DNA from: Perkinsela sp. CCAP 1560/9 | Taxonomy: Eukaryota; Protista; Euglenozoa: Kinetoplastea | NCBI GenBank assembly: GCA_965644495.1 | Contig: CBFFSA010000001.1 | Coordinates: 1,798,001-1,862,000 of the forward strand | Length of the DNA stretch: 64,000 bases | Reading direction: 5' to 3' | The notes under the pieces: generated by a model | Seen by the model: the letters and a program-made list of their open reading frames with translations, nothing else | What the model was told of the DNA's origin: nothing | The model's database searches: none | Program-made: the position numbers and the translations under genes | Part shown: one piece after another, positions 45,281 to 57,014 of the stretch | Position numbering within the stretch: position 1 is the stretch's first letter | Layout of the letters: the number at the start of each line of letters is the position of its first letter

Positions 45281-47070
45281 TAACTCAAAATTCTGAAAAT
45301 CTGAACTTTGGCCACGTTTGATACTGCTAATTGGAACGTTTAGGAAAATGAAAACCGAATTGTGATTCGCGTATTCATGAGTTTCACAGTTTGGTTTGCT
45401 TGATAAGGTAGGTGATTCGATAGAATTGGTTCAGCTAATCAACAAATATGGTGATCTGTGCGCTAGTGCGCTTCGGGTTGAAAACTACCTCTATGTTTTG
45501 ACAAACTAGCTAAGAATAGCGATATTTCTTTTTAAGTCGTAGTATACGAAACACAAGAAAGTAAAAGTAGAATCATGTTTTTGAGAACAACGCTCCGCGA
45601 AGCGGTGAGATTTTTTTTTTAAAGCAGGGAATACAATACAAAAGCAGGGAACGGCGTAGGGAAGGGCTGCAACGGCGTAGAATTTCCTTAGGGACCCGCC
45701 AACTGCTCCGGGGAAGGGGGTAGTCCTCGCTCCTCGGTTGGGGCGACCTGGGTAAGTGGGGTGGAGGACCCTGGGGGACTACAACCTACAGACTGCTCTC
45801 CACTCCGGGGTGCTGAGTGCGGGGAGCCTACGACATTTGCAGCTGTCGCTATACCCTCAAGGATCGTCCCACTGGGGATCGGGGTGGGTCCAGGATTGGC
45901 CTCAATGCACCTCCTACGGAGGTTTTTCCTATAATAAGATACTTTACAATTCCTAATAATTGTCTTCTAAAAATAGAAAATATAATCTACAATCTGTCTA
46001 ATAGAGTTATTCTCTCGGTTTATGACCAGCTCTATGCACTAGATCGATAATTTACCTCATTTACACAGCTGATTTCAACAAAAGGTTGAGCAAATCACTC
46101 TTTTTGGTCCCAAGAAAGAATAAATTTCAAGTTTTTCGGCGAAAAAAACATGATTTGTCATCGATTTTCTTAGAGGCGTGACTCTGGGCGGGAGCGCCTG
46201 GAAGCGCCAAGGACCTTTATCTTAATATTTCTTTTTAATTTTTCTTAATCTTGTTTTGTTTCAGTTAGAGGATGTCGTAATCATGTTGTTGGAAATGTTT
46301 AGCCTACAAGACTTTATCATGGTTTCGAGTACATAAATATTTTAGAATGTACCAGCGCGGTCATCCCTAGGTGTGGGAACCCTCCATTTTTTGATTTTTG
46401 TTTTCAATTTTGGACCGAGGGAGCCGTTTTATATCTTTTTGACACATGGTAGGCTAACTATGGAGTGTTCATTGTCACTGGTGAGCCTGCCCACACATCA
46501 CTCTTCGCCGCTCTCCTCGGAGCCCCCTGGCTGCCCTCCTCGCCTGCCCTCTGGGCCTTCGCCCTCACTCTTGGCCAGCCTCCTGGCCACTCAATTCGAC
46601 CCCCTGCCCCGCCCTCTTCGCACCCTCCTTCACCCGTGCGCCGCCCCCCTGACCGCCCGTGAGGAAAGTCCGGTGTCTACCTGTATGATCGAGCGTTTCG
46701 ACGCTCTCGTGTTAGAAGATCACGCTTCGCGTGGAGAACCGGCAGCGCGACCTACGCGTGAAGTAGGAAGCCATAGTTCTTAGGAGTCAAAAGGCTTGAA
46801 TCACACACACGCACACACACATTGGTGAAAACCTGGAAGAGCCTTGCGTCCCCGTAATCGGGCGGAGCGCCAGAGCCGGAGTGGTACTTGCGGCGCTTGC
46901 ATGGGGGTATTGCAAGTGCTCTTATTACCAACAAAACCAACAACAATTTAAGCCATTCATCTCTTTCTGACGCAGTGCAAAATGCCTTATTACCGCACCC
47001 GAATGATAGCCGAGGCCCAATCTGTCGCTTTCTTGTACAATCTTTTAGAACATAGAAAAAGGTGTCCCCC

Positions 47071-47825
47071 CATGTCCCCCTATAGAGGGGTTTATGTTGC
47101 TTGTCCTCAAATTACCAAGTCCGAACTCCGATTTTGGAAATATTTGGTATACCACCGTTTTTCGACCCAATCATTCCGAATCCGAGGTCCGTTTCACTCG
47201 AGCTACCCCCTACCCCCCTTATCCAGGTAGGGGTCAAAATGAAGGCGAACACGATTTTTGAGGTAAATTTTTGAATATTTTTTGTAAAACAGTGACTTGA
47301 AAGCCAGGTAAGAAATATGTAAGCAGGTAGAAAGCTCGTGATTAGTGCTCAGTTAAGTGTCTCCTTGCCTTCTCGCCCTCCAAAAATTCTTGGGATGGCT
47401 TTGCAAAACGTTTTCAGGCAATTCTGGTTCATCCCGAAAATTATTCAGGATAAAAGGGGGGGTTGTGAAAAAAAATGGACAAAATATTAAGAAAAATATT
47501 TATTGATAATGATAGCGCTTCTAATAGGTGGCAAAAGGCGTGCACATCTTATGATGTACGTGTCGTGCAGGAGGACACACGGGACGAGATAGTTCCGTCG
47601 TGTAAAAGCGAAGAAGAGTGAAAAATGACGCAAGAAATAGGTGTTCTGTAAAAATCATGGTTTTTAGCCCAAATTTTTGCGGTTTCGACATGAACCAGTT
47701 TTCCACGAGTGAAAAGGACCTCGGATTCGGAACGATTCGGTCGAAAAACGGTGGTATACCAAATATCTACAAAACCTGAGAAAATACAAGACCTGTAGGG
47801 GGGGTACATATCGTGCTCACCACTG
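47071..47825. mobile_element. MITE-like inverted-repeat element (left end eroded)
   Basis: 47130-47200 and 47705-47775 are inverted copies (atatttggtataccaccgtttttcgacc...ttccgaatccgaggtcc). The right end is ...ccactg|ta. Confidence 0.65.
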
Positions 47826-48370
47826 TATATTTTTCCAAGCAAGATCTCATTCTAAAAGGAACGAATTCACCTTCTTTTCTCTTATTTAGAACTTGACCTT
47901 CCCATGTTTTTTTTTCGCCGGCATGGAGGTGTACACCCCCGCCAAAAAGTATTGTCCACAAAAATGGCCGACACAAAACGTATTGTATTTATTAGTATCG
48001 ACCATTTTTTTGAGTTTTGACCAGAATTTTAGTTTTTTTCTCGAACTTTCCAGAAATTTACATAATGAGTTCTGATATACGCGGCCACTTGATCGTGATA
48101 TACGTTTACAAGGATCCCATATGATAATGTCCAACTTTTTGGAGGCCAGTGGCAATTCGTGGAAATCGAGAAAAAATATTGTATTTATTAGTATCGACCA
48201 AATCTTTCTCTGAATAGGAAGAATACACCATACATTTTCGCTGAAAGATCCCTTCCTAAGCACAAGCGTTTCTGCGAAGAGAAACTGCGAGCGCGGACGC
48301 TCGCCCAAGGGGCCCTTGACGCCGCTGGTTAGCGGCATCTTTTAAGAATGATGCAGATCCCTGACGATGT

Positions 48371-48613
48371 TCATTTCCTTAGAGCACAATTTCGAAGAAG
48401 TGCTATCAGCATTCTTGAAATCACACAAGACGTAATAAAAGTAACAGGATAGATCTCCAAATTTAAGTGGATCCTCAACGTTCCCAGACTGCACTTTCTT
48501 CGCACCTGTCTCATTGTGGTCAAGCTTAATTGGCTTGGTCCATCAACCACCCGCTGATTAACAGCGTCGCGCAGTTCGTTGCTAATACGGTGCGCTGCTC
48601 GTTGCCGAGACAT
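48371..48613 (-). pseudogene. Possible Tc1-like N-terminal HTH fragment
   Basis: MSRQRAAHRISNELRDAV... resembles transposase N-termini; no catalytic motif was seen. Confidence 0.3.
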
Positions 48614-49099
48614 TGGAGTAATATCTGATATTTGACTTATCTGCGGTCATATGAGGATAGTAACTTCATTAATGAACAGTTTAAATAACTAACAGTTATG
48701 ACTTTCATTTAATGTATACGAGCATGGGAAAAAATGTGGGGAATAGTAAGAAGTTCTATAAAAGGTACGAAGGTCCTTACATAGGTCCCAGAGGCACAAT
48801 AACATCGTATTCTGCACAATAAAGCAGAACCTCTGTATTAGTAGCGAAAAAATCCCCCTGTATCACTTAGAACACAATTACACTGGTAGAATCATTAATA
48901 TTTCAAAACTTCAATAGGGCATAAATGGGCACCACGAACGATTATTTCAGTGATATGTAGCCGAAATGATCGATACACTCAAAGCTACGGAATGAATAAA
49001 AAAGCTTTGATGAGTGTTCGTAAGACGATATGGAAACGTTCGTAACATCAATAATCTAGATTTGATAAACCGATATAACGCTTTCTATTACTTTTTTCG

Positions 49100-50083
49100 A
49101 TGAAATATCTTCGGCTTTGTGTGCTGCCCTTAAGCGTTCTTTTATTTGCTCAACATCAGTGTATTGTCGCACTGGACGAGTCCCGGCAGGCACCTCCGCA
49201 GAAAAGACGAAAATTTGGTAGCAAAGTCAGCTCCGTGACATTGTCTGAAATCGACATGATGCGTCGCCTTGTGCAGCATCTCACGGATTCCCCTGCATCA
49301 TGGAAGAAGCGATCCTCTGCCTGTGCTTGGAAAGGCGTCAAGTGCAATTCTGAATCACGGGTCACACATCTCCATTGGGGACGCTTCGATCTCTCTGGGA
49401 ACATCACGTGGAGTTACTTACCTCCGAATGTAGCGGAAGTTAACGCGGAATCTTCAACCAAAACGGTGCTAACAGGAGAGTTACACTCCGCAGACTTGAC
49501 GACCCCATTGAGTCAGTTTGATGTGTTAGAGCACAAGCATCATGGAGTGTTCGATTTTACGTTACTTCCCGCACAGCTGAGAAAGCTTTACGTATCGTCG
49601 AATCGTCTGGTAGGTTCCGCTGATCTTACGCAGTTGCCCCAAAATATGTTCCACGTTTATGCATCGAACAATCTTTTTGAAGGCCCTCTTGCTCTACATG
49701 CACTCCCTCCTAGCATGGAAGTACTTTACTTGGGTGGCAATCATTTGACGGGCACACTTGATCTTGATCATCTCCCGCAATCAATGCGCATTCTTTCCTT
49801 GGAAAATAATCATTTTATAGGTACGCTAAATGTTTCCTCAATTCAACACTTATGTACTCTTGACGTTTCGCACAATCAGCTTAGTGGCGTCGTAGATTTG
49901 ACCACAAGCGGTTTAGACCGCACTATTATTGACCTTCGTGGAAATCTCTTTCACGCCCTGATCTACCACAGATTTGTCTCCAGAAAAGGCTTTCATCGTA
50001 GTGACAAAAATATGACGAGATATACTCCCAAAAAATACGCTGAGCTGCTCTCTAAGGTCGCTCGCGGAACTGTTAAAGATTAA
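49100..50083 (+). CDS. Divergent LRR protein with a hydrophobic N-terminus
   Basis: 327-aa ORF with the MKYLRLCVLPLSVLLFA leader, SACAWKGVKC, LRR repeats and a basic C-terminal extension. Confidence 0.88.
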   Translation: MKYLRLCVLPLSVLLFAQHQCIVALDESRQAPPQKRRKFGSKVSSVTLSEIDMMRRLVQHLTDSPASWKKRSSACAWKGVKCNSESRVTHLHWGRFDLSGNITWSYLPPNVAEVNAESSTKTVLTGELHSADLTTPLSQFDVLEHKHHGVFDFTLLPAQLRKLYVSSNRLVGSADLTQLPQNMFHVYASNNLFEGPLALHALPPSMEVLYLGGNHLTGTLDLDHLPQSMRILSLENNHFIGTLNVSSIQHLCTLDVSHNQLSGVVDLTTSGLDRTIIDLRGNLFHALIYHRFVSRKGFHRSDKNMTRYTPKKYAELLSKVARGTVKD

Positions 50084-50493
50084 AAAGACTCTTAAAGGTC
50101 AAAAACAAAGCCACTGGTGCATTGATGTGATGAACATCCTATCCTTTATTTTTCTTCTGGAAACTGAGTACTCCTGGTGGTTAAAACAAGTGCTCTATTG
50201 TTTTCCAAAATTGGCCAAGCTTTACCATTTTTAGACCTCTTTCTTTGATTTACCTCTGCCGTCCTGAAATATCTACCCAATAGTGTACAGCGGTGACACC
50301 AATTTCGGGGGGTCTAAAATTTGTGTCGTGTGAGCCTTCGACCTAATTCCTTCGGCATTCAACAGATCTCGAAATTTTATGCTGTTTTACAGTATGAAAA
50401 TGATCCGTGGCGCAGTGTCTCCGTGATGGTCGTAAACCACCATTCCCTTTTCCGCTGGTGCCTCCCACGCTAATACTTTCGTTTTTCAAATTA

Positions 50494-50808
50494 CCGTATA
50501 CCCGCCCCAGTAATAGAATCGATTTTGGACCCAAACGGCCAAATCCTTGTTCCTGGGGGATATGCTTTTTTGATGGTAAAAGACCGTTTTTGTTCATGGG
50601 TGCGTTGATTTTCTGCCCAGACAACCCCGCAACTACACCAATCGCTCCCGCGCAACTACCCTCACCCCGCCCAGCCACTCCCACCAAGCCAAACACCCCC
50701 TCCCCCCTCCAACCATCCTCCCGCGCCAAATCTCTGTTACTGGGGGTCAGCCCAAAAATAGTCAAATCTCTGTTACTGGGGGGGGTCTATTGCTAGGGGG
50801 GTGTACGG
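50494..50808. mobile_element. TA-flanked MITE
   Basis: ta|CCGTATACCC.CCCCAGTAATAGA...TCTGTTACTGGGG...GGGTGTACGG|ta. Confidence 0.65.
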
Positions 50809-51050
50809 TAACGTTTCTGTCCACTAGGATGCGGGCAAACTCATATTGCTCGGAGTGTTCTTGGGCAGATCCGTACAAAACAGATTTGCGGAGTCCGCCG
50901 AAAGAAATAACAGTAAGGCCTGGGTCAGATGGCTGCGTAAGGAAATGTAAGGCTCGAACTTTCCCATCTTTATCCGACAGGCTCCTTAAGATTACAAGAT
51001 TCAGGATTCTTAAAAATTAATTCTGTATGTACTCACCGTACCTTACATGT

Positions 51051-51882
51051 GAGGGGCTGCGGGTATGATCTCACGTCATGTCGCGTGATCTCGTACGATC
51101 TCATGTGATATCGAGTGACCTCACGTGATCACGCGTGATCATAACTGATCTTGTTTTGCCATAGCAGTTTTGACACAGTAAGTGAAAAAACAGTAAAACA
51201 TAGTGTGAGTTTTCTCTTGCATAACGTTTGTATAAAATCATATACGTTTTATCCAGTTTTTGATTATCATTATTATTATTATTGGTTTTCATTCGATTAT
51301 CTTGCTTTTCTTCAATGGAAGTGGGACGGATTATAAGATGAAGTTGGTCAAGTCCGCCGTTCAAATAGTTTCGGCTGCATGCTATGGGTTATTAGCTACA
51401 GATCCTAAGTATGATTTTGATCCGTCTATGAATTTAAACCTAAAAAATGTAAAGAAATCTGAATGCTTATGTAGCAAAGGATGCGGTATTGTCCCCGACG
51501 TTAAACCATATCGCGAACATCTTACATCATTGATTCACCATGTTCCGTGCGATCCCAAAAAGCCCCGAAACTCTACAAAGAAGCTGGAGTGATGCTTTTT
51601 TGAATTAATTTTGGTTATAGTTTTGTGACGGTGTTGCAATTATTTTTTTTCGCTACTGGGGGTGTATGCTTTTTGTGTGGGCAAAGGCCTCTTTTACTCA
51701 TGAGTGCGTTGATTTTCTGTCCAGCCCACCCTACGCTCAACTACCCTCACCCCGCCGTGTCACTCCCCTACCCGCCCTAATGCCCCCTCCCTCCGTCCAA
51801 CCGCTCTCCCGAACGAAATCAGTTCCCGAGAGATCTCTCGTGATCTTACGTGATCTCGTTTGGACCTCACCCGCAACCCCTC
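51051..51882. mobile_element. Second GAG...CTC element with a 4-bp TSD (Sola-like candidate)
   Basis: GAGGGGCTGCGGGT...ACCCGCAACCCCTC with ATGT on both flanks, and subterminal cgtgatctc repeats. Confidence 0.8.
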
Positions 51883-52255
51883 ATGTATATCATAGCACTA
51901 CGAATATGTCACCATGTACATGTACTGTGACCCCCCCTTTAATAGAGACCCTCCCTCATCAACCCTCTTTAATAGAGGCTAAATTTTGGGGACGCACTTC
52001 CCCCTCCACGTACTTCCCCCCCCCATTAATTTCTATAAACTTAAAAGTTCATTGAATCATTGAAAAAGAATTCATAAATTATTTGTAGTAACGTATTTAT
52101 AATAACGCTAAAAAAGGTACTGTACTAATATTAAAACATACATGTACATTATGTATGTAGCATAAAATATGCTGTGCAATCAATTTACTTTCACACTTTA
52201 AGCACAAAAAATAAAGAAAATAGCATACTCAAAGAGGATTTTGTGACTAAAGAAT

Positions 52256-52627
52256 TTTCGGTGAAAGTGAAGCATTATTTCACATAAAAAATATTTTTTT
52301 TCGTTAATTTTTTATGTGTTCTAAGTGTTGCCTTATCATATAAGGCCATTATCATATGGCCTTATCATGTAATCGCATTATCATATGGCCATTATCATAT
52401 AATCGGCTGAAGTTCGGCGCAGAAATTGTGAAAAGTAAGCTAAAGAGAGGAAAACATGAAGATTATGCCCTCCGTCGCCTGTTTTAGCACCTCAAATGAT
52501 ATTACGAGAACGTAGAAATCGTTCTAGAACAAGGGCAAGAGAGTTATTTTTTTCCTTTTTGCCAAAATGGGGCGATAATAGATGTTTTAAAAAAAGTGTG
52601 AAATAATGCTTCACTTTGACCGAATTT
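52256..52627. repeat. Inverted-repeat-bounded segment with internal (ttatcat)n tandem units
   Basis: aaagtgaagcattatttcaca (52264) and tgtgaaataatgcttcacttt (52597). Confidence 0.6.
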
Positions 52628-52820
52628 TCTTCACTATTTTTGACAAAGTACTTTTCTTCGCCACGTCAATGAGGAATATGTAGGTATTTCCAGGTTTTGC
52701 CTTTCGTAGGTTTCAACCCTCTAATCTGTTTTTAAAAAAGCTCCACACTAATTAACCCAGGATAAAGTGGGTCCATGGATTAACGAGCATCTTATCTCGA
52801 AGTGGAAAGTGTGAAATATA

Positions 52821-53735
52821 AACCACCGTCCGGGTTATTATACCTAGGGACACCTATTGTACCTCCTAGGTATAATAAGTGTCCCTAGGGTCCTTATTAT
52901 ACCTCCCCCCCCTACCTTCAGAGGCGGGTGAAGAACTTACAGGACAGTAAACTTTGATGTGGGAGGGGACTAAAATTTGTAAAACTTGGCCCATTTTGGA
53001 AAGTTATAGCGCATTCGAGAGCACTCGAACAGGGCTCATGAACGTGCAGGCACGTAATCTGCGTTTGGATTTTCGAATGCACATAGATCACGTTGTTTTT
53101 TGGTAGAGAAAATCTTGCATTTTTTACAATTTTTCTGATCCCCCCCCTGATTTATGCCACAAAGACGGGATTACGGACGATCGCCCAAACATAAACACTC
53201 CGAAAGGGTTAATTCATCTCCTGGACACGTAAAAGCATGCTGGTGCATGCTCTTTGTTGTCGCAGCAATCTTTTCCACTCACTGCGCGTAAATTTTAATG
53301 TTGCGTTTGATGAGGGAAACTTACCAAGAAATCAGATTGACATTGGATGTACTGCAGAAGTGTATGGTTTTGTCTGCCACCATCTGTCACCGTCTGCCAC
53401 TATCTGTTTGCATTACATCCATTGTCAAGAATTTTGATCAGTTGGGGTATAGTAACCACGAAAATACATGTATTCGTGGCATTTCATATTCTTTTACCCC
53501 TGACCCCCCAGAAAACAATCTTACCCCCCCACTCGCACACGTTTCCCCAGGCGCGCGAGGGAAACTTACAAATGGATCATAACTTGTTGTGGGCAATGTG
53601 AAGAAGAACGCGCCGCGAAGCGGCGCGAAATTTTTTTTATCCTTTTTGCAAAGCAAAGTTATTATACCTAGGGACACTTATTATACCTAGGGACACTTAT
53701 TATACCTCCTAGGTATAATAACCCGGACGGTGGTT
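52821..53735. mobile_element. TIR element flanked by TATA
   Basis: Perfect 28-bp TIR AACCACCGTCCGGGTTATTATACCTAGG, with subterminal ttattatacctagggacac repeats. Confidence 0.85.
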
Positions 53736-54043
53736 TATAAAAAAAATCCTATCTCTTATTTTTTATAGAAGCTCTGAAATGCGTTCTTATTTTCCGAAAA
53801 TGGTCAAAGCTGTACATTTTGTAGAACCCTTTCTTAGGTTTACCGATACCCCCCTGAAATATCTTGCCCCGTCTACCAAAGTACCCCCAATAGTAAACAT
53901 ACCTTGGACTTCAATTTTTCCTCTCAACAGCTAGACACGACATTGCATAAACTTAGTTCATTAGATTACGTAGTTTAAGTACATGATGTAGTTAATGCAA
54001 CTTGGGTTATAACGCTATGGGTTACCCCTATTTTGCTTTTTCA

Positions 54044-54300
54044 TCACTTCGTTAAACGCGGTGGTTGTTTTAAACTTAAAAGTCACTTATGCTGCGCGCT
54101 GCGCGTCGAAGAAGATCTACCTGAAGAAGAACTACCTCGCCGAAAAATACCTCCGCGTTTAACGAAGCGACTAAAAAAGAAAATCGCCGAAAGATCATGG
54201 ATACAATATGTTGTTGGGGGGGGGGGGTGAATATGCCCGATTTTTGATGCCAAAAGTCCGAAATTGATGATTTTGAAGCCTTACCAGTAGGGGTAGGACC
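54044..54300 (+). repeat. Left end of the hairpin-terminated element (loop expanded)
   Basis: Fold-back at 54044-54174, followed by sequence matching the reverse complement of 35350-35480. Confidence 0.75.
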
Positions 54301-55015
54301 ACCTTGACACGTTACTCTATGAGAGCTCTCGAATGCGGTGCTATTTTCCAAAATTGGACGAGTTTTACAAATTTTGACGCCCCCTATATTTTCGTACCAT
54401 CCCTTCTATGCCTGATAGTCTTGAGATACTATCTTGAGATACAAACGAAATACGATTCCTTTCATCACTGCTCTTCATCCTATGCTTGCCGTCGGGTTCG
54501 TATTTCATGACCCCTCCTCAACCTCGGGTGCCGCAAAGGTGAGCAGAGCCAATCTTCCCCAGGAGTTTACCCTTTCTCATTTTGTTCAACACGTGAATGC
54601 AAAGAAACCCTCGTGGAGCGCCGAGACCCCCGCGTGTGAGTGGTCCGGGATACAATGGTGAGTATGTAGTTAGTATCTGTAGGTACGTGTGAGTTTCTGT
54701 AAATTTCTGTGAGTCGCTGTGGGCTGCTGTGAGTATCTGTGAGTAGCTGTGGGTATTTTTTTCCCTCGGAAGAGCCTGAAAGACGAGAAGAGGCACCCAA
54801 AAGATCGGTGGTTAAGGAGGTTAGCATATCCATGCTTTCGAAACAGTAAAAGTAACAAAAGGTTTGGTCCAAAAGCAATTTAAACAAAGTGCAATTGAAA
54901 TAGCAAACTGACTGCACCCCAAAAAGAACGGTAATGAAAAGAAGCGGTAATGGAATGTTGTTAAATGAATATGCAGTATGATGTCGAGAAATAAGCTTTA
55001 TTTATTTATTTATAG

Positions 55016-56038
55016 CTACTGAGTATTATTTTCCACGTTTCTTTTCCGAGAGAAGTACGTAGGTATAGTTGACTGAAACTCCGCGCAAGGACTCCGCGTC
55101 GTAGGATTGGGGTACCTTGATGACATGGCCTTGTGCTCCTTGAACTTCTTCACCAACAATGCTTTCCCAGCTTCGTTAATAGGTTTATACTTACCCTTTT
55201 CTCGATGACGAAGGAACATTTCAACATTCTGAACGATAAGGCAAGAACCAAATGCATAGAATAGAGTACAGTTCAGATCTTTGTTCCAATGTTTAAAGGC
55301 TGTCCATCGGCCTACACCATTTGAACTACTGAAAAGGTGCTCTACCCTCGACCGGTAATGGGCAACCATCTCATTGAATTCGAGTTTTTTGTCAGCTTGA
55401 TCTTCGTAATCTTGCTCTGTTTGACCAAGAAGCCTCTTTAATGGCCATATTTGGGTCTTAGTAAAAGGACGGATCACTTCTGAGCACCCTTTGAATCCGC
55501 CGTCGGCGAGGCACCTTATTTTATGAATTTTAAGAATATCTGTGATTTTCGTGTGCTCAAGAATGTTGTTGTCAGGGGTGGAACCGGTATACAGATTTTC
55601 GGGGAAGAAACACACATATCCTGAGAATGTGCACCCCACTGCGGCTTTCACGACATGATCTGCATATTTGGGCTGAAAACACCTATCCGCGGATCTCACA
55701 TAAATTGGAACGGTGTCAAGGGCGAGAAGAATATCCTTAGAAAAAAAGTCATCCGTTGTATTCGCTTCATGTAAGAGAATATCGTCTCGAAAAACTAACC
55801 AATTGCCTTGTAGCTCACGGTACAACGTTTCAAAAAATTCAGGAATTTTTGCCCTGCAAGTGCTTTCAGACCAACCGCGTCCAAATTTTGCGGTTAAGTG
55901 GTCTGCAACAGTGTCATAGTGCCCCCCTGTGCGGAGAAACAAAAATGAGGCAAAAATTAACTCTTCATCGTAACCAATTTTTCGCAAGTAGTCGTATGTA
56001 GCGTGCGTAAGTCCACAAGGAGAGAGTTCTGAGGGCAT
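55016..56038 (-). CDS. Harbinger/IS5-like DDE transposase (DDE_Tnp_4 type)
   Basis: LALDTVPIYV, YTGSTPD, LADGGF and FNEMVAHYRSRVEHLF; 340 aa, uninterrupted. Confidence 0.88.
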   Translation of the reverse strand: MPSELSPCGLTHATYDYLRKIGYDEELIFASFLFLRTGGHYDTVADHLTAKFGRGWSESTCRAKIPEFFETLYRELQGNWLVFRDDILLHEANTTDDFFSKDILLALDTVPIYVRSADRCFQPKYADHVVKAAVGCTFSGYVCFFPENLYTGSTPDNNILEHTKITDILKIHKIRCLADGGFKGCSEVIRPFTKTQIWPLKRLLGQTEQDYEDQADKKLEFNEMVAHYRSRVEHLFSSSNGVGRWTAFKHWNKDLNCTLFYAFGSCLIVQNVEMFLRHREKGKYKPINEAGKALLVKKFKEHKAMSSRYPNPTTRSPCAEFQSTIPTYFSRKRNVENNTQ

Positions 56039-56219
56039 AAAAAAAGAGAAACAATGGCAGAAAAGCTATAAATAATACTATGCAGTTGTACCAATTACAA
56101 TGAACTGTAACTTAAGCTTTATACGCGCAAAATTAATTTGTATCAAAATATTTATAAGTGAGCAACCATAAATATCGAAACTTACTTCGTATCCCCTTGT
56201 TCCTTTAAACCAACCTTTT

Positions 56220-57014
56220 TTAGAGAGTAATCACTTCAACTTCAGTTTCAATGTCCAAATTAGCTCTCTTTCTGCTCTTCTGAACATGCAGCAACTTGAA
56301 ATCTCCATCTTTGGCTTTCGGCAACAAGATTTTCAACGAGCACAGAACGGAGAAAAGGTCATCCGGCGTTTCTGCGCCGCTGAAAATGGCATCCTTAGCC
56401 AAATACAAACGATCACGACGGATTGTATATCCTTCAAGCAGGTCTCCAATCTGATCATGGATCATAGCAATTCGTTCTTCCCTTTGCTCCTTAACACTCT
56501 TGGCAGCAGTTCCCTTGTAGGTTGTCCAAATGCGGCGCATCGTCTTTGATAGAACGGGGACGTCTGCAGAGGGAAGCTCACGACGGAAATATTCGGATAC
56601 GGAAGTTGCCGCACGGCGATACACTTTCGACTTTCCCACAGTAAAGCTTCGCTGTATAATGCAAAGTACTTGGGCCACAAGTGCGAATGTCAACTTCCGT
56701 TGGCATACTGTCCACCCTTCGTAGACACAGCATGCTTCCTGGACTCTCTTTTGGTCCAACCCACGCTTGGCACACTTTGCCACAACTTCAGGACCTAAGG
56801 TTTGATGATCTTGCGGCTTATTGCAAGAGGGGCAAATGTTGCAGCCAACAGGCACGCAAAACTCGGAGCAATGGCCGCACATTTCAAGTGAGGTGCATTC
56901 CTCATTAGTGTGCTCGTTGCCGCAATCAAGGCAAGAGGAAGGAGTCCGAGCACGGAACTGAGTAACCTTATCGCAGTGAAAACAGTGCAAACGCACATAA
57001 AGTTCAGCCATCAC
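56220..57014 (-). CDS. Transposon accessory ORF2 with Cys-rich Zn-ribbon motifs
   Basis: 264 aa with CFHC, CLDC, CGHC and CPSC pairs and a basic C-terminal KSRKR; lies inside the TIRs. Confidence 0.7.
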   Translation of the reverse strand: MMAELYVRLHCFHCDKVTQFRARTPSSCLDCGNEHTNEECTSLEMCGHCSEFCVPVGCNICPSCNKPQDHQTLGPEVVAKCAKRGLDQKRVQEACCVYEGWTVCQRKLTFALVAQVLCIIQRSFTVGKSKVYRRAATSVSEYFRRELPSADVPVLSKTMRRIWTTYKGTAAKSVKEQREERIAMIHDQIGDLLEGYTIRRDRLYLAKDAIFSGAETPDDLFSVLCSLKILLPKAKDGDFKLLHVQKSRKRANLDIETEVEVITL

